NCBI RefSeq assembly: GCF_003019035.1
Contig: NZ_CP027447.1
Source: Escherichia coli
GTDB taxonomy: Bacteria > Pseudomonadota > Gammaproteobacteria > Enterobacterales > Enterobacteriaceae
Strand: one strand, 5' to 3'
Length of the DNA stretch: 64,000 bases
A program made the position numbers and the translations under genes. Under the pieces are notes generated by a model. The model made no database searches. It was given only the letters and a program-made list of their open reading frames with translations, and was not told the origin of the DNA. Shown in pieces: positions 37,298-48,118 of this stretch; position 1 is the first letter of the stretch; each line of letters begins with the position of its first letter.

Positions 37298-38003
37298 ACT
37301 TATTTGTGGCCATCGCTCCATTCGCCATTTCACTGATGAACCCATTTCCGAAGCGCAGCGTGAGGCGATTATTAACAGCGCCCGTGCGACGTCCAGTTCC
37401 AGTTTTTTGCAGTGCAGTAGCATTATTCGCATTACCGACAAAGCGTTACGTGATGAACTGGTGACGCTGACCGGCGGGCAAAAACACGTAGCGCAAGCGG
37501 CGGAGTTCTGGGTGTTCTGTGCCGACTTTAACCGCCATTTACAGATCTGTCCGGATGCACAACTTGGCCTGGCGGAACAACTGTTGCTCGGTGTCGTTGA
37601 TACGGCAATGATGGCGCAGAATGCATTAACCGCAGCGGAATCGCTGGGATTGGGTGGGGTATATATCGGCGGCCTGCGCAATAATATTGAAGCGGTGACG
37701 AAACTGCTGAAATTACCGCAGCATGTTCTGCCGCTGTTTGGGCTGTGCCTTGGCTGGCCTGCGGATAATCCGGATCTCAAGCCGCGTTTACCGGCCTCCA
37801 TTTTGGTGCATGAAAACAGCTATCAACCGCTGGATAAAGACGCACTGGCGCAGTATGACGAACAATTGGCGGAATATTACCTCACCCGTGGCAGCAATAA
37901 TCGCCGGGATACCTGGAGCGATCATATCCGCCGAACAATCATTAAAGAAAGCCGCCCATTTATTCTGGATTATTTGCACAAACAGGGTTGGGCGACGCGC
38001 TAA
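37281..38003 (+). CDS. nfsA: oxygen-insensitive NADPH nitroreductase A
   Basis: 240 aa; N-terminus MTPTIELICGHRSIRHFTDEPI typical of NfsA. Confidence 0.9.
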   Translation: MTPTIELICGHRSIRHFTDEPISEAQREAIINSARATSSSSFLQCSSIIRITDKALRDELVTLTGGQKHVAQAAEFWVFCADFNRHLQICPDAQLGLAEQLLLGVVDTAMMAQNALTAAESLGLGGVYIGGLRNNIEAVTKLLKLPQHVLPLFGLCLGWPADNPDLKPRLPASILVHENSYQPLDKDALAQYDEQLAEYYLTRGSNNRRDTWSDHIRRTIIKESRPFILDYLHKQGWATR

Positions 38004-38063
38004 AACCGCCACGTCGATGTATGATACGCGGGCTTTTGACCAGGTCTGAAAGAGAGGTGCAGG

Positions 38064-38966
38064 GTGAAAATTGCCATATTGTCCCGGGATGGAACGCTCT
38101 ATTCGTGTAAGCGGCTGCGTGAAGCCGCTATACAGCGCGGTCACCTGGTTGAAATTCTTGATCCGCTTTCTTGCTACATGAACATAAATCCTGCGGCGTC
38201 TTCTATTCACTACAAAGGCCGCAAGTTACCCCATTTTGACGCAGTGATCCCGCGTATTGGCACCGCCATTACCTTTTATGGGACGGCGGCACTGCGCCAG
38301 TTCGAGATGCTGGGGAGCTATCCGCTCAATGAGTCGGTCGCCATTGCCCGGGCGCGTGACAAATTGCGTTCCATGCAACTGCTGGCGCGTCAGGGCATCG
38401 ACCTGCCTGTCACGGGCATTGCGCATTCGCCGGATGATACCAGCGATTTAATCGACATGGTCGGTGGTGCGCCGCTGGTGGTCAAGTTGGTTGAAGGCAC
38501 GCAGGGAATTGGCGTCGTGCTGGCGGAGACGCGTCAGGCGGCCGAAAGCGTGATTGACGCTTTCCGCGGTCTGAACGCGCATATTCTGGTGCAGGAATAT
38601 ATCAAAGAGGCGCAAGGGTGCGATATCCGCTGTCTGGTTGTTGGCGATGAAGTGGTCGCTGCGATTGAACGGCGGGCGAAAGAGGGCGATTTTCGTTCCA
38701 ATTTGCATCGTGGCGGCGCGGCAAGCGTCGCCAGTATCACACCACAGGAGCGTGAAATCGCGATAAAAGCCGCGCGAACGATGGCGCTGGACGTTGCTGG
38801 TGTGGATATTCTGCGTGCTAATCGCGGGCCGTTGGTGATGGAGGTGAATGCGTCGCCAGGGCTGGAAGGAATAGAAAAAACCACCGGTATCGACATCGCG
38901 GGTAAAATGATCCGCTGGATCGAACGCCACGCTACGACGGAATATTGCCTGAAAACGGGTGGTTAG
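38064..38966 (+). CDS. rimK: ribosomal protein S6 modification protein (ATP-grasp ligase)
   Basis: 300 aa; ATP-grasp fold sequence; K-12 synteny. Confidence 0.9.
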   Translation: MKIAILSRDGTLYSCKRLREAAIQRGHLVEILDPLSCYMNINPAASSIHYKGRKLPHFDAVIPRIGTAITFYGTAALRQFEMLGSYPLNESVAIARARDKLRSMQLLARQGIDLPVTGIAHSPDDTSDLIDMVGGAPLVVKLVEGTQGIGVVLAETRQAAESVIDAFRGLNAHILVQEYIKEAQGCDIRCLVVGDEVVAAIERRAKEGDFRSNLHRGGAASVASITPQEREIAIKAARTMALDVAGVDILRANRGPLVMEVNASPGLEGIEKTTGIDIAGKMIRWIERHATTEYCLKTGG

Positions 38967-39053
38967 TCGCAATCACATTACTGATCATGGTTTTGCCTGC
39001 GCTTTTTGCGTAAGCTGTGCCGGTCTTTTTATCGAAAGAGGTTGTACAAAATT

Positions 39054-39530
39054 ATGACATCGCTGGTCGTTCCTGGTCTGGATACGCTGCGTCAATGGCT
39101 CGATGACCTGGGGATGAGTTTTTTTGAATGTGATAACTGTCAGGCTCTGCATCTGCCCCATATGCAGAATTTCGACGGTGTCTTTGATGCCAAAATCGAT
39201 CTGATCGATAACACGATCCTGTTTTCTGCCATGGCGGAAGTCCGACCTTCAGCCGTATTGCCGCTGGCGGCGGATTTATCTGCCATCAATGCCAGTTCGC
39301 TGACCGTGAAAGCATTTCTTGATATGCAGGATGATAATCTGCCAAAGCTGGTGGTTTGCCAGTCTTTATCCGTTATGCAGGGCGTAACCTATGAGCAGTT
39401 TGCATGGTTCGTGCGTCAGAGCGAAGAGCAGATTTCGATGGTCATTCTTGAAGCTAATGCCCATCAACTGCTGTTACCGACTGACGATGAAGGGCAAAAC
39501 AACGTTACTGAAAACTATTTCCTCCACTGA
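39054..39530 (+). CDS. ybjN: YbjN (putative sensory transduction regulator family)
   Basis: 158 aa from MTSLVVPGLDTLRQW; the track ORF start 39006 is probably an over-extension. Confidence 0.85.
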   Translation: MTSLVVPGLDTLRQWLDDLGMSFFECDNCQALHLPHMQNFDGVFDAKIDLIDNTILFSAMAEVRPSAVLPLAADLSAINASSLTVKAFLDMQDDNLPKLVVCQSLSVMQGVTYEQFAWFVRQSEEQISMVILEANAHQLLLPTDDEGQNNVTENYFLH

Positions 39531-39880
39531 TAACTCCTTTCGAGCACGCAGTCGCTGGTGCAGTGACTGCGCGCTGCAAAATTATCTGCTGTTTTTAACC
39601 TTTTCTTAAAGATTGTTTCACTTCTCTTGTGTCGATTTGGCTTTATCACATAGAGCAAATACGCATAAAAATTTGTTAAATACCGTTTTTTAATCCGAGC
39701 TATAGTCTCAAACCCTGGCTAAAGTTATTCTTGCGATGCTTTTATATAGCGAGCAGTGCTGGCCGGGAGAGAGTTCTCTTTTCTTACACCGCGCCGATAA
39801 AAAATATGCACGTTTATTGCATATCTTTCAGTGTGACAACTTTTGTTCGTTTGTTAACGAACTTTCAGAAGGAAAGAGAT

Positions 39881-40993
39881 ATGACCGCCTTAAATAAAAA
39901 ATGGCTATCGGGTCTGGTTGCGGGTGCTCTGATGGCCGTCTCTGTCGGCACGCTCGCGGCTGAACAAAAAATACTCCACATTTATAACTGGTCTGATTAT
40001 ATCGCCCCGGACACGGTGGCCAATTTTGAAAAAGAAACCGGTATTAAAGTCGTCTACGATGTTTTCGACTCTAACGAAGTACTGGAAGGCAAATTAATGG
40101 CGGGTAGCACCGGCTTTGACCTGGTGGTGCCGTCAGCAAGCTTTCTTGAACGCCAGTTGACTGCGGGAGTTTTCCAGCCGCTGGATAAAAGCAAATTGCC
40201 GGAGTGGAAGAATCTCGACCCGGAACTGCTGAAGCTGGTTGCCAAACACGACCCGGATAATAAATTTGCTATGCCCTATATGTGGGCGACAACCGGGATT
40301 GGCTATAACGTTGATAAAGTCAAAGCGGTGCTGGGCGAAAACGCGCCCGTCGATAGCTGGGACTTGATCCTCAAACCTGAAAATCTGGAAAAACTGAAAA
40401 GCTGCGGCGTCTCTTTCCTTGATGCACCGGAAGAAGTGTTTGCTACCGTGCTGAATTATCTCGGTAAAGATCCCAACAGCACTAAAGCAGATGATTACAC
40501 CGGACCGGCAACCGATCTGCTGTTAAAGCTGCGCCCGAACATTCGTTATTTCCATTCATCTCAATACATTAACGACCTGGCAAACGGCGATATCTGCGTC
40601 GCTATTGGCTGGGCGGGCGATGTCTGGCAGGCGTCAAACCGCGCGAAGGAAGCGAAGAATGGCGTTAATGTCTCGTTCTCGATTCCGAAAGAAGGGGCGA
40701 TGGCGTTCTTTGATGTCTTCGCCATGCCTGCGGATGCCAAAAATAAAGACGAAGCCTATCAGTTCCTGAATTACCTGCTGCGCCCGGATGTGGTGGCGCA
40801 TATTTCCGACCATGTGTTCTATGCCAACGCGAACAAAGAAGCTACGCCGCTGGTAAGCGCGGAAGTGCGTGATAATCCAGGGATTTATCCTCCGGCGGAC
40901 GTTCGTGCGAAGTTGTTCACTCTGAAAGTGCAGGATCCAAAAATAGACCGTGTGCGCACCCGCGCGTGGACCAAAGTGAAGAGCGGAAAATAA
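39881..40993 (+). CDS. potF: putrescine ABC transporter periplasmic binding protein
   Basis: 370 aa with signal peptide (MTALNKKWLSGLVAGALMAVSVGTLAA); followed by potGHI. Confidence 0.9.
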   Translation: MTALNKKWLSGLVAGALMAVSVGTLAAEQKILHIYNWSDYIAPDTVANFEKETGIKVVYDVFDSNEVLEGKLMAGSTGFDLVVPSASFLERQLTAGVFQPLDKSKLPEWKNLDPELLKLVAKHDPDNKFAMPYMWATTGIGYNVDKVKAVLGENAPVDSWDLILKPENLEKLKSCGVSFLDAPEEVFATVLNYLGKDPNSTKADDYTGPATDLLLKLRPNIRYFHSSQYINDLANGDICVAIGWAGDVWQASNRAKEAKNGVNVSFSIPKEGAMAFFDVFAMPADAKNKDEAYQFLNYLLRPDVVAHISDHVFYANANKEATPLVSAEVRDNPGIYPPADVRAKLFTLKVQDPKIDRVRTRAWTKVKSGK

Positions 40994-41087
40994 TCCGCAG
41001 TCGTAGATGCCGGACGGGCGCACCACACCCGCCGGCAATTCGCACCATTATGGTGCGCTTGCACACATTCAATGCCGGAGAGCAGCC

Positions 41088-42221
41088 GTGAATGACGCTA
41101 TCCCTCGCCCGCAGGCGAAAACCCGTAAGGCGCTGACGCCGCTATTAGAAATCCGCAACCTCACCAAATCCTACGATGGTCAACATGCGGTGGATGATGT
41201 CAGCCTGACCATCTACAAAGGTGAAATCTTCGCGCTGCTGGGCGCATCCGGCTGTGGCAAGTCCACGCTGCTGCGTATGCTGGCAGGTTTTGAACAACCT
41301 TCTGCCGGGCAGATAATGCTCGATGGCGTCGATTTGTCACAGGTGCCGCCTTACCTGCGCCCCATCAATATGATGTTTCAGTCTTATGCGCTGTTTCCGC
41401 ATATGACCGTGGAACAGAACATCGCTTTTGGCCTGAAACAGGACAAACTACCGAAAGCGGAAATTGCCAGCCGGGTCAATGAGATGCTCGGCCTGGTGCA
41501 TATGCAGGAGTTCGCCAAACGCAAACCGCATCAGCTTTCCGGTGGTCAGCGTCAGCGTGTGGCCCTGGCCAGAAGCCTTGCCAAGCGCCCGAAACTATTA
41601 CTGCTCGATGAGCCGATGGGCGCGCTGGATAAAAAGCTGCGTGACCGGATGCAGCTTGAAGTGGTGGATATTCTGGAGCGCGTCGGTGTGACCTGCGTAA
41701 TGGTTACTCACGATCAGGAAGAGGCGATGACCATGGCGGGTCGCATCGCCATTATGAATCGTGGGAAATTTGTCCAGATTGGCGAGCCGGAAGAGATCTA
41801 CGAGCATCCGACCACCCGCTACAGCGCTGAATTTATCGGTTCGGTTAATGTCTTTGAAGGTGTACTCAAAGAGCGTCAGGAAGATGGTCTGGTGCTTTAT
41901 TCGCCGGGGCTGGTGCATCCACTGAAAGTCGATGTAGATGCTTCGGTGGTCGATAACGTGCCGGTGCATGTGGCGCTTCGCCCGGAAAAAATCATGCTTT
42001 GCGATCAACCGCCTGCTGACGGCTACAATTTTGCGGTGGGGGAGGTGATACACATTGCCTATCTCGGCGATCTTTCGGTGTATCACGTTCGTCTGAAAAG
42101 TGGGCAAATGATTAGCGCCCAGCTACAAAACGCCCATCGTCATCGTAAAGGGTTACCGACCTGGGGCGATGAAGTGCGTTTGTGCTGGGAAGTGGACAGC
42201 TGTGTGGTGCTGACGGTTTAA
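41088..42221 (+). CDS. potG: putrescine ABC transporter ATP-binding protein
   Basis: Walker A GASGCGKST, signature LSGGQRQR, Walker B LLLLDEP; GTG start gives 377 aa. Confidence 0.9.
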   Translation: MNDAIPRPQAKTRKALTPLLEIRNLTKSYDGQHAVDDVSLTIYKGEIFALLGASGCGKSTLLRMLAGFEQPSAGQIMLDGVDLSQVPPYLRPINMMFQSYALFPHMTVEQNIAFGLKQDKLPKAEIASRVNEMLGLVHMQEFAKRKPHQLSGGQRQRVALARSLAKRPKLLLLDEPMGALDKKLRDRMQLEVVDILERVGVTCVMVTHDQEEAMTMAGRIAIMNRGKFVQIGEPEEIYEHPTTRYSAEFIGSVNVFEGVLKERQEDGLVLYSPGLVHPLKVDVDASVVDNVPVHVALRPEKIMLCDQPPADGYNFAVGEVIHIAYLGDLSVYHVRLKSGQMISAQLQNAHRHRKGLPTWGDEVRLCWEVDSCVVLTV

Positions 42222-42230
42222 GGAGCAAAA

Positions 42231-43184
42231 ATGAGTACACTTGAACCTGCTGCCCAGTCGAAACCGCCGGGCGGATTTAAGCTGTGGTTGTCGCAGCTGC
42301 AAATGAAGCATGGGCGCAAACTGGTGATTGCGCTGCCGTATATCTGGCTAATCCTGCTGTTTCTGCTGCCATTTCTGATTGTCTTTAAAATAAGCCTGGC
42401 GGAGATGGCGCGCGCTATTCCACCTTATACCGAACTGATGGAGTGGGCTGACGGGCAACTTTCCATCACTCTTAATCTCGGTAATTTTCTGCAACTGACT
42501 GACGATCCGCTCTATTTCGATGCTTATCTCCAGTCGTTACAGGTGGCGGCGATTTCGACTATTTGCTGTTTACTGATCGGCTATCCGCTGGCGTGGGCGG
42601 TGGCGCACAGTAAGCCTTCGACCCGTAATATCTTATTACTACTGGTGATCCTGCCGTCGTGGACCTCGTTTCTGATTCGTGTCTACGCCTGGATGGGAAT
42701 ATTAAAAAATAACGGCGTACTGAATAATTTTCTGCTGTGGCTGGGGGTTATCGACCAGCCGCTGACCATTCTGCATACCAATCTGGCCGTTTATATCGGC
42801 ATTGTTTATGCCTACGTGCCGTTTATGGTACTGCCGATTTATACCGCGTTGATTCGTATTGATTATTCGCTGGTGGAAGCGGCACTGGATCTCGGTGCAC
42901 GACCGCTGAAAACGTTCTTTACTGTGATCGTGCCGCTGACCAAAGGCGGGATTATTGCCGGATCGATGCTGGTGTTTATCCCGGCTGTGGGCGAGTTTGT
43001 GATCCCTGAACTGCTCGGTGGCCCGGACAGCATCATGATCGGGCGCGTGCTGTGGCAGGAGTTCTTTAACAACCGCGACTGGCCGGTGGCCTCAGCGGTA
43101 GCGATCATCATGTTGCTGCTGCTAATTGTGCCGATAATGTGGTTCCACAAGCATCAGCAAAAAAGCGTGGGAGAACACGGATGA
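42231..43184 (+). CDS. potH: putrescine ABC transporter permease
   Basis: 317-aa multi-TM permease with ABC permease EAA-like loop. Confidence 0.9.
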   Translation: MSTLEPAAQSKPPGGFKLWLSQLQMKHGRKLVIALPYIWLILLFLLPFLIVFKISLAEMARAIPPYTELMEWADGQLSITLNLGNFLQLTDDPLYFDAYLQSLQVAAISTICCLLIGYPLAWAVAHSKPSTRNILLLLVILPSWTSFLIRVYAWMGILKNNGVLNNFLLWLGVIDQPLTILHTNLAVYIGIVYAYVPFMVLPIYTALIRIDYSLVEAALDLGARPLKTFFTVIVPLTKGGIIAGSMLVFIPAVGEFVIPELLGGPDSIMIGRVLWQEFFNNRDWPVASAVAIIMLLLLIVPIMWFHKHQQKSVGEHG

Positions 43185-44026
43185 ATAATTTACCGGTAGT
43201 TCGTTCGCCCTGGCGGATTGTGATTTTGCTGCTGGGCTTCACCTTTCTCTACGCGCCAATGCTGATGCTGGTGATCTATTCATTCAACAGCTCGAAGCTG
43301 GTGACGGTGTGGGCCGGCTGGTCAACGCGCTGGTATGGCGAATTATTGCGCGATGACGCGATGATGAGTGCGGTTGGTTTAAGCCTGACAATTGCGGCCT
43401 GTGCGGCGACGGCGGCGGCGATCCTCGGGACGATTGCGGCGGTCGTGCTGGTGCGCTTTGGCAGGTTTCGCGGATCAAATGGTTTTGCCTTTATGATCAC
43501 CGCGCCGCTGGTGATGCCAGATGTCATCACGGGCTTGTCGCTATTGTTGCTATTCGTCGCGCTTGCTCATGCCATTGGCTGGCCTGCGGACCGCGGTATG
43601 CTCACCATCTGGTTGGCGCATGTCACTTTCTGTACGGCTTATGTGGCGGTCGTTATTTCTTCAAGATTGCGGGAGCTGGACCGTTCCATTGAAGAAGCCG
43701 CGATGGATCTTGGTGCGACGCCACTGAAAGTGTTTTTCGTCATTACGCTACCGATGATCATGCCCGCGATCATTTCTGGCTGGTTACTGGCTTTTACTTT
43801 GTCGCTTGATGATCTGGTGATCGCCAGCTTTGTTTCCGGGCCGGGAGCCACCACGTTACCGATGCTGGTCTTTTCTAGCGTGCGGATGGGGGTGAATCCG
43901 GAAATCAACGCCCTGGCAACATTGATCCTCGGTGCGGTCGGAATTGTCGGATTTATCGCCTGGTATCTGATGGCGCGCGCAGAAAAACAGCGGATACGCG
44001 ATATCCAGCGTGCAAGACGTGGCTGA
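43181..44026 (+). CDS. potI: putrescine ABC transporter permease
   Basis: 281 aa from MNNLPVVRSPW; overlaps potH stop. Confidence 0.9.
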   Translation: MNNLPVVRSPWRIVILLLGFTFLYAPMLMLVIYSFNSSKLVTVWAGWSTRWYGELLRDDAMMSAVGLSLTIAACAATAAAILGTIAAVVLVRFGRFRGSNGFAFMITAPLVMPDVITGLSLLLLFVALAHAIGWPADRGMLTIWLAHVTFCTAYVAVVISSRLRELDRSIEEAAMDLGATPLKVFFVITLPMIMPAIISGWLLAFTLSLDDLVIASFVSGPGATTLPMLVFSSVRMGVNPEINALATLILGAVGIVGFIAWYLMARAEKQRIRDIQRARRG

Positions 44027-44059
44027 AGACACTAAAATTTGCCAACCTGGCTACATAAT

Positions 44060-44084
44060 GCCGCGCATGTCGCGGCATTGTTTT
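44060..44084 (+). terminator. rho-independent terminator after potI
   Basis: GCCGCG-CATGT-CGCGGC hairpin followed by ATTGTTTT. Confidence 0.55.
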
Positions 44085-44085
44085 C

Positions 44086-44574
44086 ATGGAAGACGAAACG
44101 TTGGGATTTTTTAAGAAAACATCTTCATCTCATGCTCGCCTGAATGTGCCTGCGCTGGTGCAGGTAGCGGCGCTCGCCATTATTATGATCCGTGGCCTCG
44201 ACGTGCTGATGATTTTCAATACGCTGGGCGTGCGCGGTATTGGCGAGTTCATTCATCGCAGCGTACAAACCTGGAGTTTAACGCTGGTCTTTTTAAGCAG
44301 TCTGGTGCTGGTTTTCATTGAGATCTGGTGTGCGTTTTCACTGGTGAAAGGGCGTCGCTGGGCGCGCTGGCTGTATCTGTTGACACAAATCACGGCCGCA
44401 AGTTACTTGTGGGCGGCTTCGCTGGGGTATGGTTATCCGGAGCTGTTCAGCATTCCCGGTGAATCAAAACGTGAAATCTTCCATAGCCTGATGCTGCAGA
44501 AGCTGCCGGATATGCTCATCCTGATGCTGCTGTTCGTTCCCTCGACCAGTCGGCGGTTCTTCCAGTTGCAATAA
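44086..44574 (+). CDS. ybjO: inner membrane protein YbjO
   Basis: 162 aa with hydrophobic segments; K-12 position. Confidence 0.8.
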   Translation: MEDETLGFFKKTSSSHARLNVPALVQVAALAIIMIRGLDVLMIFNTLGVRGIGEFIHRSVQTWSLTLVFLSSLVLVFIEIWCAFSLVKGRRWARWLYLLTQITAASYLWAASLGYGYPELFSIPGESKREIFHSLMLQKLPDMLILMLLFVPSTSRRFFQLQ

Positions 44575-44614
44575 TGTGTATAATCGTCGCCCCTGATGAT
44601 GTGAAGGTCAATGT

Positions 44615-45742
44615 ATGCAGTGCGCACTTTACGACGCGGGTCGCTGTCGTTCCTGTCAGTGGATAACGCAGCCGATTCCAGAGCAACTCTCCGCTAAAAC
44701 CGCCGATCTTAAAAATCTGCTCGCCGATTTTCCGGTTGAGGAATGGTGTGCGCCGGTGTCAGGCCCGGAACAAGGGTTTCGTAATAAAGCCAAAATGGTG
44801 GTGAGTGGTAGCGTTGAAAAACCACTGCTCGGTATGCTGCATCGAGATGGTACACCGGAAGACCTTTGTGACTGCCCGCTTTATCCAGCCTCATTTGCGC
44901 CCGTTTTTGCGGCGCTAAAACCCTTCATCGCCCGTGCGGGTTTAACACCTTACAACGTGGCGCGTAAACGTGGTGAACTGAAATACATTCTGCTGACTGA
45001 AAGCCAGAGCGATGGCGGCATGATGCTGCGCTTTGTACTGCGTTCTGATACCAAACTGGCGCAACTGCGTAAGGCGCTGCCGTGGTTACAGGAACAATTA
45101 CCGCAGCTGAAAGTTATTACCGTCAATATTCAGCCGGTACATATGGCGATTATGGAAGGGGAGACGGAGATCTACCTGACCGAACAACAGGCGCTGGCGG
45201 AGCGTTTTAACGATGTGCCGCTGTGGATCCGTCCGCAAAGTTTCTTCCAGACCAATCCGGCGGTCGCCAGCCAGCTTTACGCTACCGCGCGCGACTGGGT
45301 GCGGCAACTACCGGTAAACCATATGTGGGATCTCTTCTGCGGCGTGGGGGGCTTTGGTTTACACTGCGCGACGCCTGACATTCAGTTAACCGGGATCGAA
45401 ATTGCACCAGAGGCCATTGCCTGTGCGAAGCAGTCAGCCGCTGAACTGGGCTTAACGCGTTTGCAATTTCAGGCGCTGGACTCTACGCAGTTTGCCACCG
45501 CCCAGGGGGAAGTGCCGGAGCTGGTGCTGGTTAACCCGCCGCGCCGCGGCATCGGTAAACCGCTGTGTGATTATCTCTCAACGATGGCACCGCGTTTTAT
45601 TATCTACTCCAGCTGTAACGCCCAAACTATGGCGAAAGATATCCGCGAACTGCCTGGTTATCGCATCGAACGGGTACAGCTTTTTGATATGTTCCCGCAC
45701 ACCGCGCACTATGAAGTGCTGACGCTGCTGGTGAAGCAATAA
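44615..45742 (+). CDS. rlmC: 23S rRNA (uracil747-C5)-methyltransferase
   Basis: 375 aa; N-terminal Cys cluster ([16 protein letters not shown]) and AdoMet methyltransferase motifs; K-12 synteny. Confidence 0.9.
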   Translation: MQCALYDAGRCRSCQWITQPIPEQLSAKTADLKNLLADFPVEEWCAPVSGPEQGFRNKAKMVVSGSVEKPLLGMLHRDGTPEDLCDCPLYPASFAPVFAALKPFIARAGLTPYNVARKRGELKYILLTESQSDGGMMLRFVLRSDTKLAQLRKALPWLQEQLPQLKVITVNIQPVHMAIMEGETEIYLTEQQALAERFNDVPLWIRPQSFFQTNPAVASQLYATARDWVRQLPVNHMWDLFCGVGGFGLHCATPDIQLTGIEIAPEAIACAKQSAAELGLTRLQFQALDSTQFATAQGEVPELVLVNPPRRGIGKPLCDYLSTMAPRFIIYSSCNAQTMAKDIRELPGYRIERVQLFDMFPHTAHYEVLTLLVKQ

Positions 45743-45746
45743 AAAA

Positions 45747-45763
45747 GCCGCAGGTGCGGCTTT
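45747..45763. terminator. bidirectional terminator between rlmC and artJ
   Basis: AAAAAA-GCCGC-AGGT-GCGGC-TTTCTG between convergent genes. Confidence 0.6.
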
Positions 45764-45770
45764 CTGAATC

Positions 45771-46502
45771 TTACTGTGGGAACCACTGGTCATTGATTTT
45801 CTGATATGTACCGTCAGCTTTAATTGCTGCCAGCGCATTATTCAGTTTTTCCAGCAGAGCTTTGTTATCCGGACGTACAGCGATACCCAGGCCGGTGCCG
45901 AAGTATTGCGGATCGGTCACTTTTTCAGTCGCAACGCCCAGTTGCGGATTGGTTTTCAGCCATTCGTTTACCACTGCGGTGTCACCAAATACGCCATCAA
46001 TACGGCCATTTTTCAGATCGATAAAGGCATTCTGATAACTGTCATAGGAGACAGTTTTCACTTCCGGGTGCTGATCCTGAATATATTTCTGGTGCGTGGT
46101 GCCGTTTTCCATCCCAATACGTTTGCCTTTCAGATCGGCAAACGTTTTGTAGGTATCTTTTTTGGCAATCACGACGGCTGAGTTTTCATAGTAGGGCGTG
46201 GTAAACGATACCTGTTTGCTACGCTCCGGGGTGATATCCATACCGGAGATTACGGCGTCATATTTTCTGAATTTCAGTGACGGGATCAGGCTGTCGAACG
46301 CGTGATTCGTAAAAGTACATTCTGCCTGCATTTGTTTGCACAAGGCTTTTGCCAGATCGATATCAAAGCCGACAATCTCATTATTAGCACCTATAGATTC
46401 AAAGGGTGGATAGGTGGCTGAAACGCCAAAATTGATTTTCTCTGCGGCAGAAGCGCCGAATGCACAGGATGAAAGTAAAGCGGCAAGAACTAACTTTTTC
46501 AT
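45771..46502 (-). CDS. artJ: arginine ABC transporter periplasmic binding protein
   Basis: 243 aa from MKKLVLAALLSS (signal peptide); paralog of artI further along. Confidence 0.9.
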   Translation of the reverse strand: MKKLVLAALLSSCAFGASAAEKINFGVSATYPPFESIGANNEIVGFDIDLAKALCKQMQAECTFTNHAFDSLIPSLKFRKYDAVISGMDITPERSKQVSFTTPYYENSAVVIAKKDTYKTFADLKGKRIGMENGTTHQKYIQDQHPEVKTVSYDSYQNAFIDLKNGRIDGVFGDTAVVNEWLKTNPQLGVATEKVTDPQYFGTGLGIAVRPDNKALLEKLNNALAAIKADGTYQKINDQWFPQ

Positions 46503-46615
46503 GATGGAACTCCCGTCTGTCAATCTTATGATTTTTGGCCGTGTCTGCGGCATGGGATAACAATGCCATCAAGTGAATTTATATGCAATAAATATGATTA
46601 AATAATTTAAATGAA

Positions 46616-46652
46616 ATAAAAAAAGACGGACAGCTTAGTGAGTTGCCCGTCT
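46616..46652 (-). terminator. candidate terminator downstream of artM
   Basis: 7-bp stem (AAGACGG/CCGTCTT) followed on the minus strand by a U-run; loop is long (17 nt). Confidence 0.4.
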
Positions 46653-46670
46653 TCATTATAAGAATTTATG

Positions 46671-46700
46671 CACTATGTAGGCCGGATAAGGCGTCCACGC
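46671..46700. repeat. REP (repetitive extragenic palindromic) element
   Basis: GCCGGATAAGGCGTCCACGCCGCATCCGGC, canonical E. coli REP palindrome, in the artJ-artM intergenic region. Confidence 0.85.
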
Positions 46701-46727
46701 CGCATCCGGCATCAGCACGCAGCCAAA

Positions 46728-47396
46728 TTAATTCCTTCGCTCAAACGCCAGTGCTTTACGCTCGATCAGACGCATCATCAGCGTCAGCAGACCGTTAACA
46801 ATCAGGTAAATAATCCCTGCCGCACCGAACACCATGACATCGTAGGTGCGTCCGTACAACAACTGGCTGTATCCCATCACTTCCATCAGCGTAATGGTGT
46901 AAGCCAGAGAAGTACTTTTGAACACCAGCACCACTTCGTTGGAATAAGAAGAGAGCGAGCGTTTAAAGGCATACGGCAGCAGGATCGCCAGCGTATCTTT
47001 TTTGCTCATTCCCAGGGCGCTACAGGACTGCCACTGACCTTCCGGGATCGCGCGAATGGCACCGTAAAACAGCTGCGTGGTATACGCTGCACTGTTCAGC
47101 GACAACGCAATCAGCGCACATAACCACGGTTCTGACAACAGATGCCACAGTGCCGGATACTCCTGCAACGTCGGGAACTGACCCGGTCCGTAATAAATCA
47201 GGAAGATCTGCACCAGCAGCGGCGTACCGGTAAACAGCGTGATATAGCCCCGCACCAGCCACACCAGCACCGGCGTTTTCAGCGTCAGGATGATGGTAAA
47301 AATCAATGCCAGAATCAGTGCCACAATCAGCGAGGCAACGGTTAGCGTCAGGCTGGTGTGCAGCCCTTTCATCAGTTCGGGTAAATACTCAAACAT
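46728..47396 (-). CDS. artM: arginine ABC transporter permease
   Basis: 222-aa multi-TM permease; art operon order. Confidence 0.9.
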   Translation of the reverse strand: MFEYLPELMKGLHTSLTLTVASLIVALILALIFTIILTLKTPVLVWLVRGYITLFTGTPLLVQIFLIYYGPGQFPTLQEYPALWHLLSEPWLCALIALSLNSAAYTTQLFYGAIRAIPEGQWQSCSALGMSKKDTLAILLPYAFKRSLSSYSNEVVLVFKSTSLAYTITLMEVMGYSQLLYGRTYDVMVFGAAGIIYLIVNGLLTLMMRLIERKALAFERRN

Positions 47397-48112
47397 TAGC
47401 TGGGCCTCCGCTCAAAACGTGTCGCGCGCAGGTCAATGCGTTTGAGAATGTACTGACTGAGCAGGGTGATCACCAGGTAAATCGCCGCCGCCACAATGTA
47501 CCAGGTAAACGGTTCCTGGGTACGGGTAGCGATGCTTTTGGTTTGTAGCATTAAATCATTCACGCTTATCAAACTGACCAGCGCGGTATCTTTCAGCAGC
47601 ACCAGCCACTGGTTACCGAGACCAGGCAGCGCATGACGCCACATCTGCGGCATCACCAGACGGAAAAAGATAGCCGATTTCGACAGCCCCAGCGCCTGTC
47701 CGGATTCCCACTGGCCCACCGGCACCGCTTTCAACGCGCCGCGCAGCGTTTGCGAGGCATAGGCGGCATACAGCAGCGACAGAGCGATGACACCACAAAG
47801 GAACGGGCTAACGTCGAAGTTCTCAATGTCCATCTGCACCGGGATCTGCACGAACCCAAGATTGATAGTGAAGCCATCCGAAAGCGTCAGCAGCAGCTGC
47901 GAGGAGCCAAAATAGATAAACAGCACCACCAGAATTTCTGGCAGGCCACGCAGAATGGTTACCAGCGCTGAACCTGCCCACGCGACAGGACGCCATTTTG
48001 CCGACTCCCATACCGCAAAGAACATCGCCAGCGCCAGCCCGACAATCAATGCACAAACGGCAAGGCCGACGGTCATCCCGGCGGCGCTTGCTAAAGGAAA
48101 AAATTCATTCAT
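47396..48112 (-). CDS. artQ: arginine ABC transporter permease
   Basis: 238-aa multi-TM permease; art operon order. Confidence 0.9.
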
Positions 48113-48118
48113 CAGGAA

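Noticed and set aside
38448-38972. 174-aa minus-strand ORF overlapping rimK (also 37262-37801 over nfsA, 60940-61569 over hcp, 48359-48826 over artI)
   Set aside because: Antisense shadow ORFs inside conserved core genes.
39731-39880. N-terminal extensions of track ORFs for potF (39731), ybjN (39006), potG (41007), artJ (to 46553), artP (to 49695), ybjS (to 55180), hcp (to 62211), lysO (to 63268), dam (3397)
   Set aside because: Downstream starts give the known protein lengths and N-termini (signal peptides, Walker motifs) and have better RBS spacing; extensions are upstream read-through.
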